The position numbers were made by a program, and so were the translations under genes. From NCBI GenBank assembly GCA_964016885.1, contig OZ024741.1:401016001-401080000 (forward strand): a DNA stretch of 64,000 nucleotides. Direction: 5' to 3'. This document shows positions 29,701-42,568 of the stretch, piece after piece. The DNA comes from Eledone cirrhosa. Its lineage: Eukaryota. The stretch's first letter is position 1; every line of letters begins with the position of its first letter. Below the pieces are notes generated by a model, which was given only the letters and a program-made list of their open reading frames with translations, made no database searches and was not told the DNA's origin.

Positions 29701-32700
29701 GGGTCAAATTGTTATAATATTACCAAAAATAGTAAAACACACTCACTGTTTGGGGAGGGTCATATTGTTATAATATTGCGAAATATAGTAGAACACACTG
29801 TTTGCGGAGGGTCATGTCCTAATATTGCCAAAAGTAGTAAAACACACTCACTGTTTGGGGAGGGTCATGTTGCCCTAATATTGCCAAAAATAGTAAAACA
29901 CACTCATTGTTTGGGGAGGGTCATATTGTTATAATATTGCCAAAAATAGTAAAACACACTCACTGTTTGCGGAGGGTCAAATTGTTATAATATTACCAAA
30001 AATAGTAAAACACACTCACTGTTTGGGGAGGGTCATATTGTTATAATATTGCCAAAAATATTAGAACACACTCCCTGTTAGCGGAGGGTCATGTCCTAAT
30101 ATTGCCAAAAATAGTAAAACACACTCACTGTTTGTGGAGTGACCTATTGTTATAATATTGCCAAAAATAGTAAAACACACTCACTGTTTGGGGAGGGTCA
30201 TATTTCTTATAATATTGCAAAGAATAGTAAAACACACTCACTGTTTGCAGAGGGTCATGTTGTCCTAATATTGCCAAAAGTAATAAGACACACTCACTGT
30301 TTGGGGAGGGTGATGTTGCCCTAATATTGCCAAAAATAGTAAAACACACTCATTGTTTGGGGAGGGTCATAATGTTATAATATTGCCAAAAATAGTAAAA
30401 TACACTGACTGTTTGGAGAGGGTTATATTGTTATAAAATTGCCAAAAATAGTAAATCACACTCACTGTTTGGGGAGGGTCATATTATAATATTGCAAAAA
30501 ATAGTAAAACACACTCATTGTTTGGGGAGGGTCATATTGTTATAATATTGGCAAAAATAGTAAAAAACACTCACTGTTTGGGGAGGGTGATATTGTTATA
30601 ATATTGCCAAAAATAGTAAAACACACTCACTGTTTGGGGAGAGTCATGTTGCCCTAATATTGCCAAAAATTGTAAAACACACTCATTGTTTGGGGAGGGT
30701 CTTATTGTTATAATATTGCCAAAAATAGTAAAACACACTCACTGTTTGGGGAGGGTCATATTGTTATAATATTGCCAAAAATACAGAAACAGACTCACTG
30801 CTTGGGGAGTGTCATATCCAAATATTTACAAAAATAGTAAAACACACTCACTGTTTGGTGTGGGTCATATTGTTATAATATTGCGAAAAATAGTAGAACA
30901 CACTCACTGTTTGCGGAGGGTCATATGCTAATATTGCCAAAAATAGTAAGAAACACTCACTGTTTGCAGAGCGTCAAATTGTTATAATATTACCAAAAAT
31001 AGTAAAACACACTCACTGTTTGGGGAGGATCATATTGTTATAATATTGCCAAAAATAGTAAAACACACTCACTGTTTGGGGAGGGTCATATTGTTAATAT
31101 TGCGAAAAGTAGTAGAATACACTCTCTGTTTGGGGAGGGTCATGTTGCCCTAATATTGCCAAAAACAGTAATACACACTCACTGTTTGGGCAGGGTCGTA
31201 TTGCCAAAACTAGTAAAACACGCTCACTTTTGGGGAGGGTCATATTGTTATAATATTGCCAAAAATAGTAAAGCATACTCACTGTTTGGGGAGGATCATG
31301 TCCTAATATTTCTAATAATAGTAAAACATACTCACTGTTTCGAGATGGTCATGTGCCCTAATATTTCTAAAAATAGTAAAACACACTCACTGTTTGGGGA
31401 GGGTGATATTGTTAATATTGCGAAAAGTAGTAGAATACACTCTCTGTTTGGGGAGGGTCATGTTGCCCGAATATTGCCAAAAACAGTAATACACACTCAC
31501 TGTTTGGGGAGCGTCATATTGTTATAATATTGCCAAAAATAGTAAAACAAGCTCACTGTTTGAGGAGGGTCATATTGTTATAATATTGCCAAAAATAGTA
31601 AAGCACACTCACTGTTTGGGGAGGATCATGTCCTAATATTTCCAAAAATAGTAAAACATACTCACTGTTTCGAGATGGTCATGTTGCCCTAATATTTCTA
31701 AAAATAGTAAAACACACTCACTGTTTGGGGAGGGTCATCTTGTTATAATATTGCCAAAAATAGTAAAGCACGCTCATTGTTTGGGGAGGGTCATATTGTT
31801 ATAATATTGCCTAAAATAGTAAATCACACTCACTGTTTGGGGAGGGTCATATTATTATAATATTGCAAAAAATAGTAAAACACACTCACTGTTTGGGGAG
31901 GGTCATATTGTTATAATATTGCGAAAAATAGTAGAACACACTGTTTGCGGAGGGTCATGTCCTAATATTACCAAAAATAATAAAGCACACTCACTGTTAG
32001 GAGAGGGTCATATTGTTATAACATTGCCAAAAATATTAGAACACACTCCCTGTTTGCCGAGGCTCATGTCCTTATATTGCCAAAAAAAGTAATACACACT
32101 CACTGTTTGTGGAGGGAACTATTGTTATAATTTTTGCCAAAAATAGTAAAACACACTCACTCTTTCTGGAGGGTCATATTGTTATAATATTGCGAAAAAT
32201 AGTAAAACACACTCACTATTTGGGGAGGGTCATATTGTTATAGTATTGTCAAAAATAGTAAAACACACTCACTGTATGGGGAGGGTCATATTGTTTTTAA
32301 TATTGCGAAAAATAGTAAAACACACTAACTGTTTGGGGAGTGTCGTATTGTTATAATATTGCCAAAAATAGTAAAACACATTCACTATTTCGGGAGGGTC
32401 ATATTGTTATAATATTGCCAAAAATAGTATAGCACACTCACTGTTTGGGGAGGTTCATGTCCTAATATTTCCAAAAATTGTAAAACATACTCACTGTTTC
32501 GAGATGGTCATGTTGCCCTAATATTTCCAAAAATAGTAAAACACACTGACTGTTAGGGGAGGGTCATATTGTTATAATATTGCCAAAAATAGTAAATCAC
32601 ACTCACTGTTTGGGGAGGGTCATATTATTATAATATTGCAAAAAATAGTAAAACACACTCACTGTTTGGGGAGGGTCATATTGTTATAATATTGCCAAAA

Positions 32701-35700
32701 ATACTGAAAAAGATTCACTGCTTGAGGAGGGTCATATCCTAATATTTACAAAAATAGTAAAACACACTCACTCTTTGGGGAGGGTCATATTGTTAATATT
32801 GCCAAAAGTAGTAGAATACACTAACTGTTTGGGGAGGGTCATGTTGCCCTAATATTGCCAAAAACAGTAATACACACTCACTGTTTGGGGAGGGTCATAT
32901 TGTTATAAAATTGCCAAAAATAGTAAAACACACTCACTGTTTGGAGAGGGTCATATTCTTATAATATTGCCAAAAATAGTAGAGCATACTGTTTGCGGAG
33001 AGTCATGTCCTAATATTGCCAAAATTATAAAGCACACTCACTGTTAGGAGAGGGTGATCTCCTAATATTGCCAATTCTGGTAAAACACACTCACTGTTTG
33101 GGGAGGGTCATATTGTTATAATATTGCCAAAAATAGTAAAACACAATCACTGTTTGGGGAGAGTCATGTTGCCCTAATATTGCCAAAAATTGTAAAACAC
33201 ACTCATTGTTTGGGGAGGGTCATATTGTTATAATATTGCCAAAAATAGTAAAACACACTCACTGTTTGGGGAGGGTCATATTGTTATAATATTGCCAAAA
33301 ATACAGAAACAGACTCACTGCTTGGGGAGGGTCATATCCTAATATTTACAAAAATAGTAAAACACACTCACTGTTTGGTGTGGGTCATATTGTTATAATA
33401 TTGCGAAAAATAGTAGAACACACTCATTGTTTGCGGAGGGTCATATGCTAATATTGCCAAAAATAGTAAGACACACTCACTGTTTGCAGAGGGTCAAATT
33501 GTTATAATATTACCAAAAATAGTAAAACACACTCACTGTTTGGGGAGGATCATATTGTTATAATATTGCCAAAAATATTAAAACAAGCTCACTGTTTGAG
33601 GAGGGTCATATTGTTATAATATTGCCAAAAATAGTAAAACACACTCATTGTTTGGGCAGGGTCATGTTGCCAAAACTAGTAAAACACGCTCACTTTTGGG
33701 GAGGGTCAGATTGTTATAATATTGCCAAAAATAGTAAAAAACACTCACTGTTTGGGGAGGGTCATTTTGTTATAATATTGCCAAAAATAGTAAAACACAC
33801 TGACTGTTTGGAGAGGGTCATATTGTTATAAAATTGTCAAAAATAGTAAGTCACACTCACTGTTTGGGTAGGGTCATATTATAATATTGCAAAAAATAGT
33901 AAAGCACACTCACTGTTTGGGGAGGGTCATATTGTTATGATATTGGCAAAAATAGTAAAAAACACTCACTGTTTGGGGAGGGTCATATTGTTAAAATATT
34001 GCCAAAATTAGTAAAACACACTCACTGTTTGGGAGGGTCATATTGTTATAATATTGCCAAAATTAGTAAAACACACTCACTGTTTGGGGAGGGTCATATT
34101 GTTATAATATTTCCAAAAATACAGAAACAGACACACTGCTTGGGGAGTGTCATATCCAAATATTTACAAAATTAGTAAAACACACTCACTGTTTGGTGTG
34201 GGTCATATTGTTATAATATTGCGAAAAATAGTAAATCACACTCACTGTTTGCGGAGGGTCATATGCTAATATTGCCAAAAATAGTAAGACACACTCACTG
34301 ATTGCAGAGGGTCAAATTGTTATAATATTACCAAAAATAGTAAAACACACTCACTGTTTGGGGAGGATCATGTTGTTATAATATTGCCAAAAATAGTAAA
34401 ACACACTCACTGTTTGGGGAGGGTCATATTGTTAATATTGCGAAAAGTAGTAGAATACACTCTCTGTTTGGGGAGGATCATGTTGCCCTAATATTGCCAA
34501 AAACAGTAATACACACTCACTCTTTGGGGAGGGTCATATTGTTATAATATTGCCAAAAATAGTAAAGCACACTCACTGTTTGGGGAGGATCATGTGCTAA
34601 TATTTCTAAAAATAGTAAAACATACTCACTGTTTCGAGATGGTCATGTTGCCCTAATATTTCTAAAAATAGTAGAACACACTCACTGTTTGGGGAGGGTC
34701 ATCTTGTTATAATATTGCGAAAAATAGTAAAACACACTGATTGTTTGGGGAGAGTCATATTGTTATAATATTGCCAAAAATAGTAAAGCACACTCACTGT
34801 TTGGGGAGGATCATGTGCTAATATTTCCAAAAATAGTAAAACATACTCACTGTTTCGAGATGGTCATGTTGCCCTAATATTTCTAAAAATAGTAGAACAC
34901 ACTCACTGTTTGGGGAGGCTCATCTTGTTATAATATTGCCAAAAATAGTAAAACACACTGACTGTTTGGGGAGGGTCATATTGTTATAATATTGCCAAAA
35001 ATAGTAAACCACACTCACCGTTTGGGGAGGGTCATATTATTATAATATTGCAAAAAATAGTAAAACACACTCACTGTTTGGGGAGGGTCATATTGTTATA
35101 ATATTGCGAAAAATAGCAGAACACACTCACTGTTTGCAGAGGGTCATATGCTAGTATTGCCAAAAATAGTAAAACACACTCACTGTTTGGGGAGGGTCAT
35201 ATTGTTATAATATTGCGAAAAATAGTAGAACACACTGTTTGCGGAGGGTCATGTCCTAATATTGCCAATTATAGTAAAACACACTCACTGTTTGTGGAGT
35301 GACCTATTGTTATAATATTGCCAAAAATAGTAAAACACACTCACTGTTTGGGGAGGGTCATATTGTTATAATATTGCAAAGAATAGTAAAACACACTCAC
35401 TGTTTGCAGAGGGTCATGTTGCCCTAATATTGCCAAAAGTAATAAAACACACTCACTGTTTGGGGAGGGTCATGTTGCCCTAATATTGCCAAAAATAGTA
35501 AAACACACTCATTGTTTGGGGAGGGTCATAATGTTATAATATTGCCAAAAATAGTAAAACACACTCACTGTTTGGGGAGGGTGATATTGTTATAATATTG
35601 CCAAAAATAGTAAAACACACTCACTGTTTGGGGAGAATCATGTTGCCCTAATATTGCCAAAAATTGTAAAACACACTCATTGTTTGGGGAGGGTCATAAT

Positions 35701-38700
35701 GTTATAATATTGCCAAAAATAGTAAAACACACTCACTGTTTGGGGAGGGTCTTATTGTTATAATATTGCCAAAAATAGTAAAACACACTCACTGTTTGGG
35801 GAGGGTCATATTGTTATAATATTGCCAAAAATACAGAAACAGACTCACTGCTTGGGGAGTGTCATATCCAAATATTTACAAAAATAGTAAAACACACTCA
35901 CTGTTTGGTGTGGGTCATATTGTTATAATATTGCGAAAAATAGTAGAACATACTCACTGTTTGCGGAGGGTCATATGCTAATATTGCCAAAAATAGTAAG
36001 ACACACTCACTGTTTGCAGAGGGTCAAATTGTTATAATATTACCAAAAATAGTAAAACACACTCACTGTTTGGGGAGGATCATATTGTTATAATATTGCC
36101 AAAAATAGTAAAACACACTCACTGTTTGGGGAGGGTCATATTGTTAATATTGCGAAAAGTAGTAGAATACACTCTCTGTTTGGGGAGGGTCATGTTGCCC
36201 TAATATTGCCAAAAACAGTAATACACACTCACTGTTTGGGCAGGGTCGTATTGCCAAAACTAGTAAAACACGCTCACTTTTGGGGAGGGTCATATGCTAA
36301 TATTGCCAAAAATAGTAAAACACACTCACTGTTTGCAGAGGGTCAAATTGGTATAATATTACCAAAAATAGTAAAACACACTCACTGTTTGGGGAGGGTC
36401 ATATTGTTATAATATTGCGAAATATAGTAGAACACACTGTTTGCGGAGGGTCATGTCCTAATATTGCCAAAAGTAGTAAAACACACTCACTGTTTGGGGA
36501 GGGTCATGTTGCCCTAATATTGCCAAAAATAGTAAAACACACTCATTGTTTGGGGAGGGTCATATTGTTATAATATTGCCAAAAATAGTAAAACACACTC
36601 ACTGTTTGCGGAGGGTCAAATTGTTATAATATTACCAAAAATAGTAAAACACACTCACTGTTTGGGGAGGGTCATATTGTTATAATATTGCCAAAAATAT
36701 TAGAACACACTCCCTGTTAGCGGAGGGTCATGTCCTAATATTGCCAAAAATAGTAAAACACACTCACTGTTTGTGGAGTGACCTATTGTTATAATATTGC
36801 CAAAAATAGTAAAACACACTCACTGTTTGGGGAGGGTCATATTTCTTATAATATTGCAAAGAATAGTAAAACACACTCACTGTTTGCAGAGGGTCATGTT
36901 GTCCTAATATTGCCAAAAGTAATAAGACACACTCACTGTTTGGGGAGGGTGATGTTGCCCTAATATTGCCAAAAATAGTAAAACACACTCATTGTTTGGG
37001 GAGGGTCATAATGTTATAATATTGCCAAAAATAGTAAAATACACTGACTGTTTGGAGAGGGTTATATTGTTATAAAATTGCCAAAAATAGTAAAACACAC
37101 TCATTGTTTGGGGAGGGTCATATTGTTATAATATTGGCAAAAATAGTGAAAAACACTCACTGTTTGGGGAGGGTGATATTGTTATAATATTGCCAAAAAT
37201 AGTAAAACACACTCACTGTTTGGGGAGAGTCATGTTGCCCTAATATTGCCAAAAATTGTAAAACACACTCATTGTTTGGGGAGGGTCTTATTGTTATAAT
37301 ATTGCCAAAAATAGTAAAACACACTCACTGCTTGGGGAGTGTCATATCCAAATATTTACAAAAATAGTAAAACACACTCACTGTTTGGTGTGGGTCATAT
37401 TGTTATAATATTGCGAAAAATAGTAGAACACACTCACTGTTTGCGGAGGGTCATATGCTAATATTGCCAAAAATAGTAAGAAACACTCACTGTTTGCAGA
37501 GCGTCAAATTGTTATAATAATACCAAAAATAGTAAAACACACTCACTGTTTGGGGAGGATCATATTGTTATAATATTGCCAAAAATAGTAAAACACACTC
37601 ACTGTTTGGGGAGGGTCATATTGTTAATATTGCGAAAAGTAGTAGAATACACTCTCTGTTTGGGGAGGGTCATGTTGCCCTAATATTGCCAAAAACAGTA
37701 ATACACACTCACTGTTTGGGCAGGGTCGTATTGCCAAAACTAGTAAAACACGCTCACTTTTGGGGAGGGTCATATTGTTATAATATTGCCAAAAATAGTA
37801 AAGCATACTCACTGTTTGGGGAGGATCATGTCCTAATATTTCTAAAAATAGTAAAACATACTCACTGTTTCGAGATGGTCATGTGCCCTAATATTTCTAA
37901 AAATAGTAAAACACACTCACTGTTTGGGGAGGGTGATATTGTTAATATTGCGAAAAGTAGTAGAATACACTCTCTGTTTGGGGAGGGTCATGTTGCCCGA
38001 ATATTGCCAAAAACAGTAATACACACTCACTGTTTGGGGAGCGTCATATTGTTATAATATTGCCAAAAATAGTAAAACAAGCTCACTGTTTGAGGAGGGT
38101 CATATTGTTATAATATTGCCAAAAATAGTAAAGCACACTCACTGTTTGGGGAGGATCATGTCCTAATATTTCCAAAAATAGTAAAACATACTCACTGTTT
38201 CGAGATGGTCATGTTGCCCTAATATTTCTAAAAATAGTAAAACACACTCACTGTTTGGGGAGGGTCATCTTGTTATAATATTGCCAAAAATAGTAAAGCA
38301 CGCTCATTGTTTGGGGAGGGTCATATTGTTATAATATTGCCTAAAATAGTAAATCACACTCACTGTTTGGGGAGGGTCATATTATTATAATATTGCAAAA
38401 AATAGTAAAACACACTCACTGTTTGGGGAGGGTCATATTGTTATAATATTGCGAAAAATAGTAGAACACACTGTTTGCGGAGGGTCATGTCCTAATATTA
38501 CCAAAAATAATAAAGCACACTCACTGTTAGGAGAGGGTCATATTGTTATAACATTGCCAAAAATATTAGAACACACTCCCTGTTTGCCGAGGCTCATGTC
38601 CTTATATTGCCAAAAAAAGTAATACACACTCACTGTTTGTGGAGGGAACTATTGTTATAATTTTTGCCAAAAATAGTAAAACACACTCACTCTTTCTGGA

Positions 38701-39650
38701 GGGTCATATTGTTATAATATTGCGAAAAATAGTAAAACACACTCACTATTTGGGGAGGGTCATATTGTTATAGTATTGTCAAAAATAGTAAAACACACTC
38801 ACTGTATGGGGAGGGTCATATTGTTTTTAATATTGCGAAAAATAGTAAAACACACTAACTGTTTGGGGAGTGTCGTATTGTTATAATATTGCCAAAAATA
38901 GTAAAACACATTCACTATTTCGGGAGGGTCATATTGTTATAATATTGCCAAAAATAGTATAGCACACTCACTGTTTGGGGAGGTTCATGTCCTAATATTT
39001 CCAAAAATTGTAAAACATACTCACTGTTTCGAGATGGTCATGTTGCCCAAATATTTCCAAAAATAGTAAAACACACTGACTGTTAGGGGAGGGTCATATT
39101 GTTATAATATTGCCAAAAATAGTAAATCACACTCACTGTTTGGGGAGGGTCATATTATTATAATATTGCAAAAAATAGTAAAACACACTCACTGTTTGGG
39201 GAGGGTCATATTGTTATAATATTGCCAAAAATACTGAAAAAGATTCACTGCTTGAGGAGGGTCATATCCTAATATTTACAAAAATAGTAAAACACACTCA
39301 CTCTTTGGGGAGGGTCATATTGTTAATATTGCCAAAAGTAGTAGAATACACTAACTGTTTGGGGAGGGTCATGTTGCCCTAATATTGCCAAAAACAGTAA
39401 TACACACTCACTGTTTGGGGAGGGTCATATTGTTATAAAATTGCCAAAAATAGTAAAACACACTCACTGTTTGGAGAGGGTCATATTCTTATAATATTGC
39501 CAAAAATAGTAGAGCATACTGTTTGCGGAGAGTCATGTCCTAATATTGCCAAAATTATAAAGCACACTCACTGTTAGGAGAGGGTGATCTCCTAATATTG
39601 CCAATTCTGGTAAAACACACTCACTGTTTGGGGAGGGTCATATTGTTATA
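26750..39650 (+). repeat. Near-identical tandem duplication of about 6.4-6.6 kb within the satellite
   Basis: Rare variants pair up: ACAATCACTG 26781/33143 (+6362), GTAAACCACAC 28421/35004 (+6583), ORFs 29567/36206 (+6639) and 31156/37686 (+6530), CCAATTCTGG 33071/39601 (+6530). Confidence 0.88.
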
Positions 39651-40851
39651 ACATTGCCAAAAATATTAGAATACACTCACTGTTTGCAGAGGGTCATGTC
39701 TTAATATTGCCAAAAATAGTAAAACACACTCTCTGTTTGGGGAGGGTCATATTGTTATAATATTGCCAAAAATACTGATACAAACTCGCTGTTTCGGGAG
39801 GGTCAGATTGTTATAATATTGCCAAAAATAGTAAAACACACTCACTGTTTGGGGAGGGACATATTGTTATAATATTGCCAAAAAGAGTAAAATACACTCA
39901 TTGTTTGGGGAGGGTCATATTGTTATAATATTGCCAAAAATAGCAAAACACACTCACTGTTTGGGGAGGGTCATTTTGTTATAATATTGCGAAAATTAGT
40001 AAAACACACTCAATGTTTGTGGAGGGTCATATTGTTATAATATTGCCAAAAATACTGAAACACACTCACTGTTTGGGGAGGGTCATGTCCTAATATTGAC
40101 AAAAATAGTAAAACGCTCACTGTTTGGGGTGGGGCATATTGTTATAATATTGCCAAAATAGTAAAAGACACTCACTGTTTGCGGAGGGTCATATGCTAAT
40201 ATTGCCAAAAATAGTAAAACACACTCACTGTTTGCGGAGGGTCAAATTGTTATAGTATTACCAAAAATATTAAAGCACACTCACTGTTTGTGGAGCGTCA
40301 TATTGTTATAATATTGCGAAAAATAGTAGAACACACTGTTTGCGGAGGGTCATGTCCTAATATTGCCAAAAATAATAAAGCACACTCACTGTTAGGAGAG
40401 GGTCATGTCCTAATTTTGCCAATTATAGTAAAACACACTCACTGTTTGGGGAGGGTCATATTGTTATAACATTGCCAAAAATATTAGAACACACTCACTG
40501 TTTGCAGAGGGTCATGTCCTAATATTGCCAATAATAGTAAAACACACTCACTGTTTGGGGAGGGTCATATTGTTATAATATTGCCAAAAATAGTAAAACA
40601 CACTCACTGTTTGGGGAGGGTCATACTGTTAAAATATTAGTAAAGCATACTCACTGTTTGGGGTCATGTTGTCCTAATATTGCCAAAAAATAGAAAAACA
40701 GATTTACAGTTTGGGAGGGTCATGTCATAATATTGTCAAAAATAGTAAAACACACTCACTGTTTGGGGAGGGTCATATTGTTAATATTGCCAAAAGTAGT
40801 AGAATACACTCACTGTTTGGGGAGGGCCATGTTGTCCTAATATTGCCTAAA

Positions 40852-42222
40852 ATAGTAATACACACTCACTGTTTGTGGAGGGTCATATTGTTATAATATT
40901 GCCTAAAATAGTCAAACACGCTCACTGTTTAGGGAGGGTCATATTGTTATAATATTGCGAAAAATAGTAAAACACACTCACTGTTTGTGGAGGGTCATAT
41001 TGTCATAATATTGCCAAAAATAGTAAAACACACTCACTGTTTAGGGAGGGTCATGTCCTAATATTGCCAAAAATAGTAAAACATACTCACTGTTATGGGG
41101 AGGGTCATTGCGATAAATAGTAAAACACACTCACTGTTTGGGTAGGGTCATATTGTTATAATATTGTCAAAAATAGTAAAACACACTCACTGTTTGGGGA
41201 GGGTCATATTGTTATAATATTGCCAAAAATAGTAAAACACATTCACTGTTTGGGGAGAGTCATATTGTTATAATATTGCGAAAAATAGTAAAACACACTC
41301 ACTGTTTGGGGAGGGTCATATTGTTATAATATTGCCAGAAATAGTAAAACACACTCACTGTTTGGGGAGAGTCATATTGTTATAATATTGCGAAAAATAG
41401 TAAAACACTCACTGTTTGGGGAGGGTCATATTGTTATAATATTGCCAAAAATAGTAAAACACACTCACTGTTTGTGGAGGGTCATATTGTTATAATATTT
41501 CCAAAAATAGTATAACACACTCACTGTTTGGGGAGGGTCATATTCTTATAATATTGCCAGAAATAGTAATACACACTCACTGTTTGTGGAGGGTCATATT
41601 GTTATAATATTGCCTAAAATAGTCAAACACGCTCACTGTTTAGGGAGGGTCATATTGTTATAATATTGCGAAAAATAGTAAAACACACTCACTGTTTGTG
41701 GAGGGTCATATTGTCATAATATTGCCAAAAATAGTAAAACACACTCACTGTTTAGGGAGGGTCATGTCCTAATATTGCCAAAAATAGTAAAACATACTCA
41801 CTGTTATGGGGAGGGTCATTGCGATAAATAGTAAAACACACTCACTGTTTGGGTAGGGTCATATTGTTATAATATTGTCAAAAATAGTAAAACACACTCA
41901 CTGTTTGGGGAGGGTCATATTGTTATAATATTGCCAAAAATAGTAAAACACATTCACTGTTTGGGGAGAGTCATATTGTTATAATATTGCGAAAAATAGT
42001 AAAACACACTCACTGTTTGGGGAGGGTCATATTGTTATAATATTGCCAGAAATAGTAAAACACACTCACTGTTTGGGGAGAGTCATATTGTTATAATATT
42101 GCGAAAAATAGTAAAACACTCACTGTTTGGGGAGGGTCATATTGTTATAATATTGCCAAAAATAGTAAAACACACTCACTGTTTGTGGAGGGTCATATTG
42201 TTATAATATTTCCAAAAATAGT
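40852..42222 (+). repeat. 711-bp (about 13-monomer) tandem duplication near the array edge
   Basis: GCCTAAAATAGTCAAACACG at 40901 and 41612; TGTTATGGGGAGGGTCATTGCGATAAA occurs in both copies. Confidence 0.85.
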
Positions 42223-42568
42223 AAAACACACTCACTGTTTGGGGAGGGTCATATTGTTATAATATTGCCAAAAATAGTAAAACACACTCACTGTTTGGGG
42301 AGGGTCATGTTGCCGTAATATTGCCAAAAATAGTAAAACGCACTCAGTTTGGGGAGGGTCATATTGTTATAATATTGCCAAAAATAGTAAAGCACACTCA
42401 ATGTTTGGGTAGGGTAATATTGTCATAATATTGCCAAAAAGAGTAGATCACACTCACTGGTTGGGGAGGGTCATATTGTTATAATATTGCCAAAAATAGT
42501 TGAACACACTCACTGTTTGGGGAGGGTCATGTCCAAATATTGCCAAAAATAGTAAAACTCACTCACTG

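Larger units (their letters stand above)
1..42568 (+). repeat. 56-bp tandem satellite array (left arm), consensus CACACTCACTGTTTGGGGAGGGTCATATTGTTATAATATTGCCAAAAATAGTAAAA; runs off the left edge of the window
   Basis: CACACTCACT recurs at 1 and 57 and continuously to 42568. Shorter monomers recur: 53 bp (GTCATGTCCTAAT, GTCATATGCTAAT, TTGTTAATATT), 4-bp deletion (AGAACACACTGTTT), 44 bp (GTCATATTGCCAAAACTAG). About 770 monomers estimated from length. Confidence 0.98.

Noticed and set aside
1816-40896. Short ORFs such as [17 protein letters not shown]...
   Set aside because: Translations of the satellite, mostly with TTG/GTG starts, arising where shortened monomers skip the TAA; useful only as duplication markers.
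1-42568. CRISPR-like array (regular repeat with a variable segment)
   Set aside because: Variable parts are short recurrent alleles of one monomer, not unique 25-45 nt spacers; no cas genes; context is eukaryotic LINE and satellite DNA.
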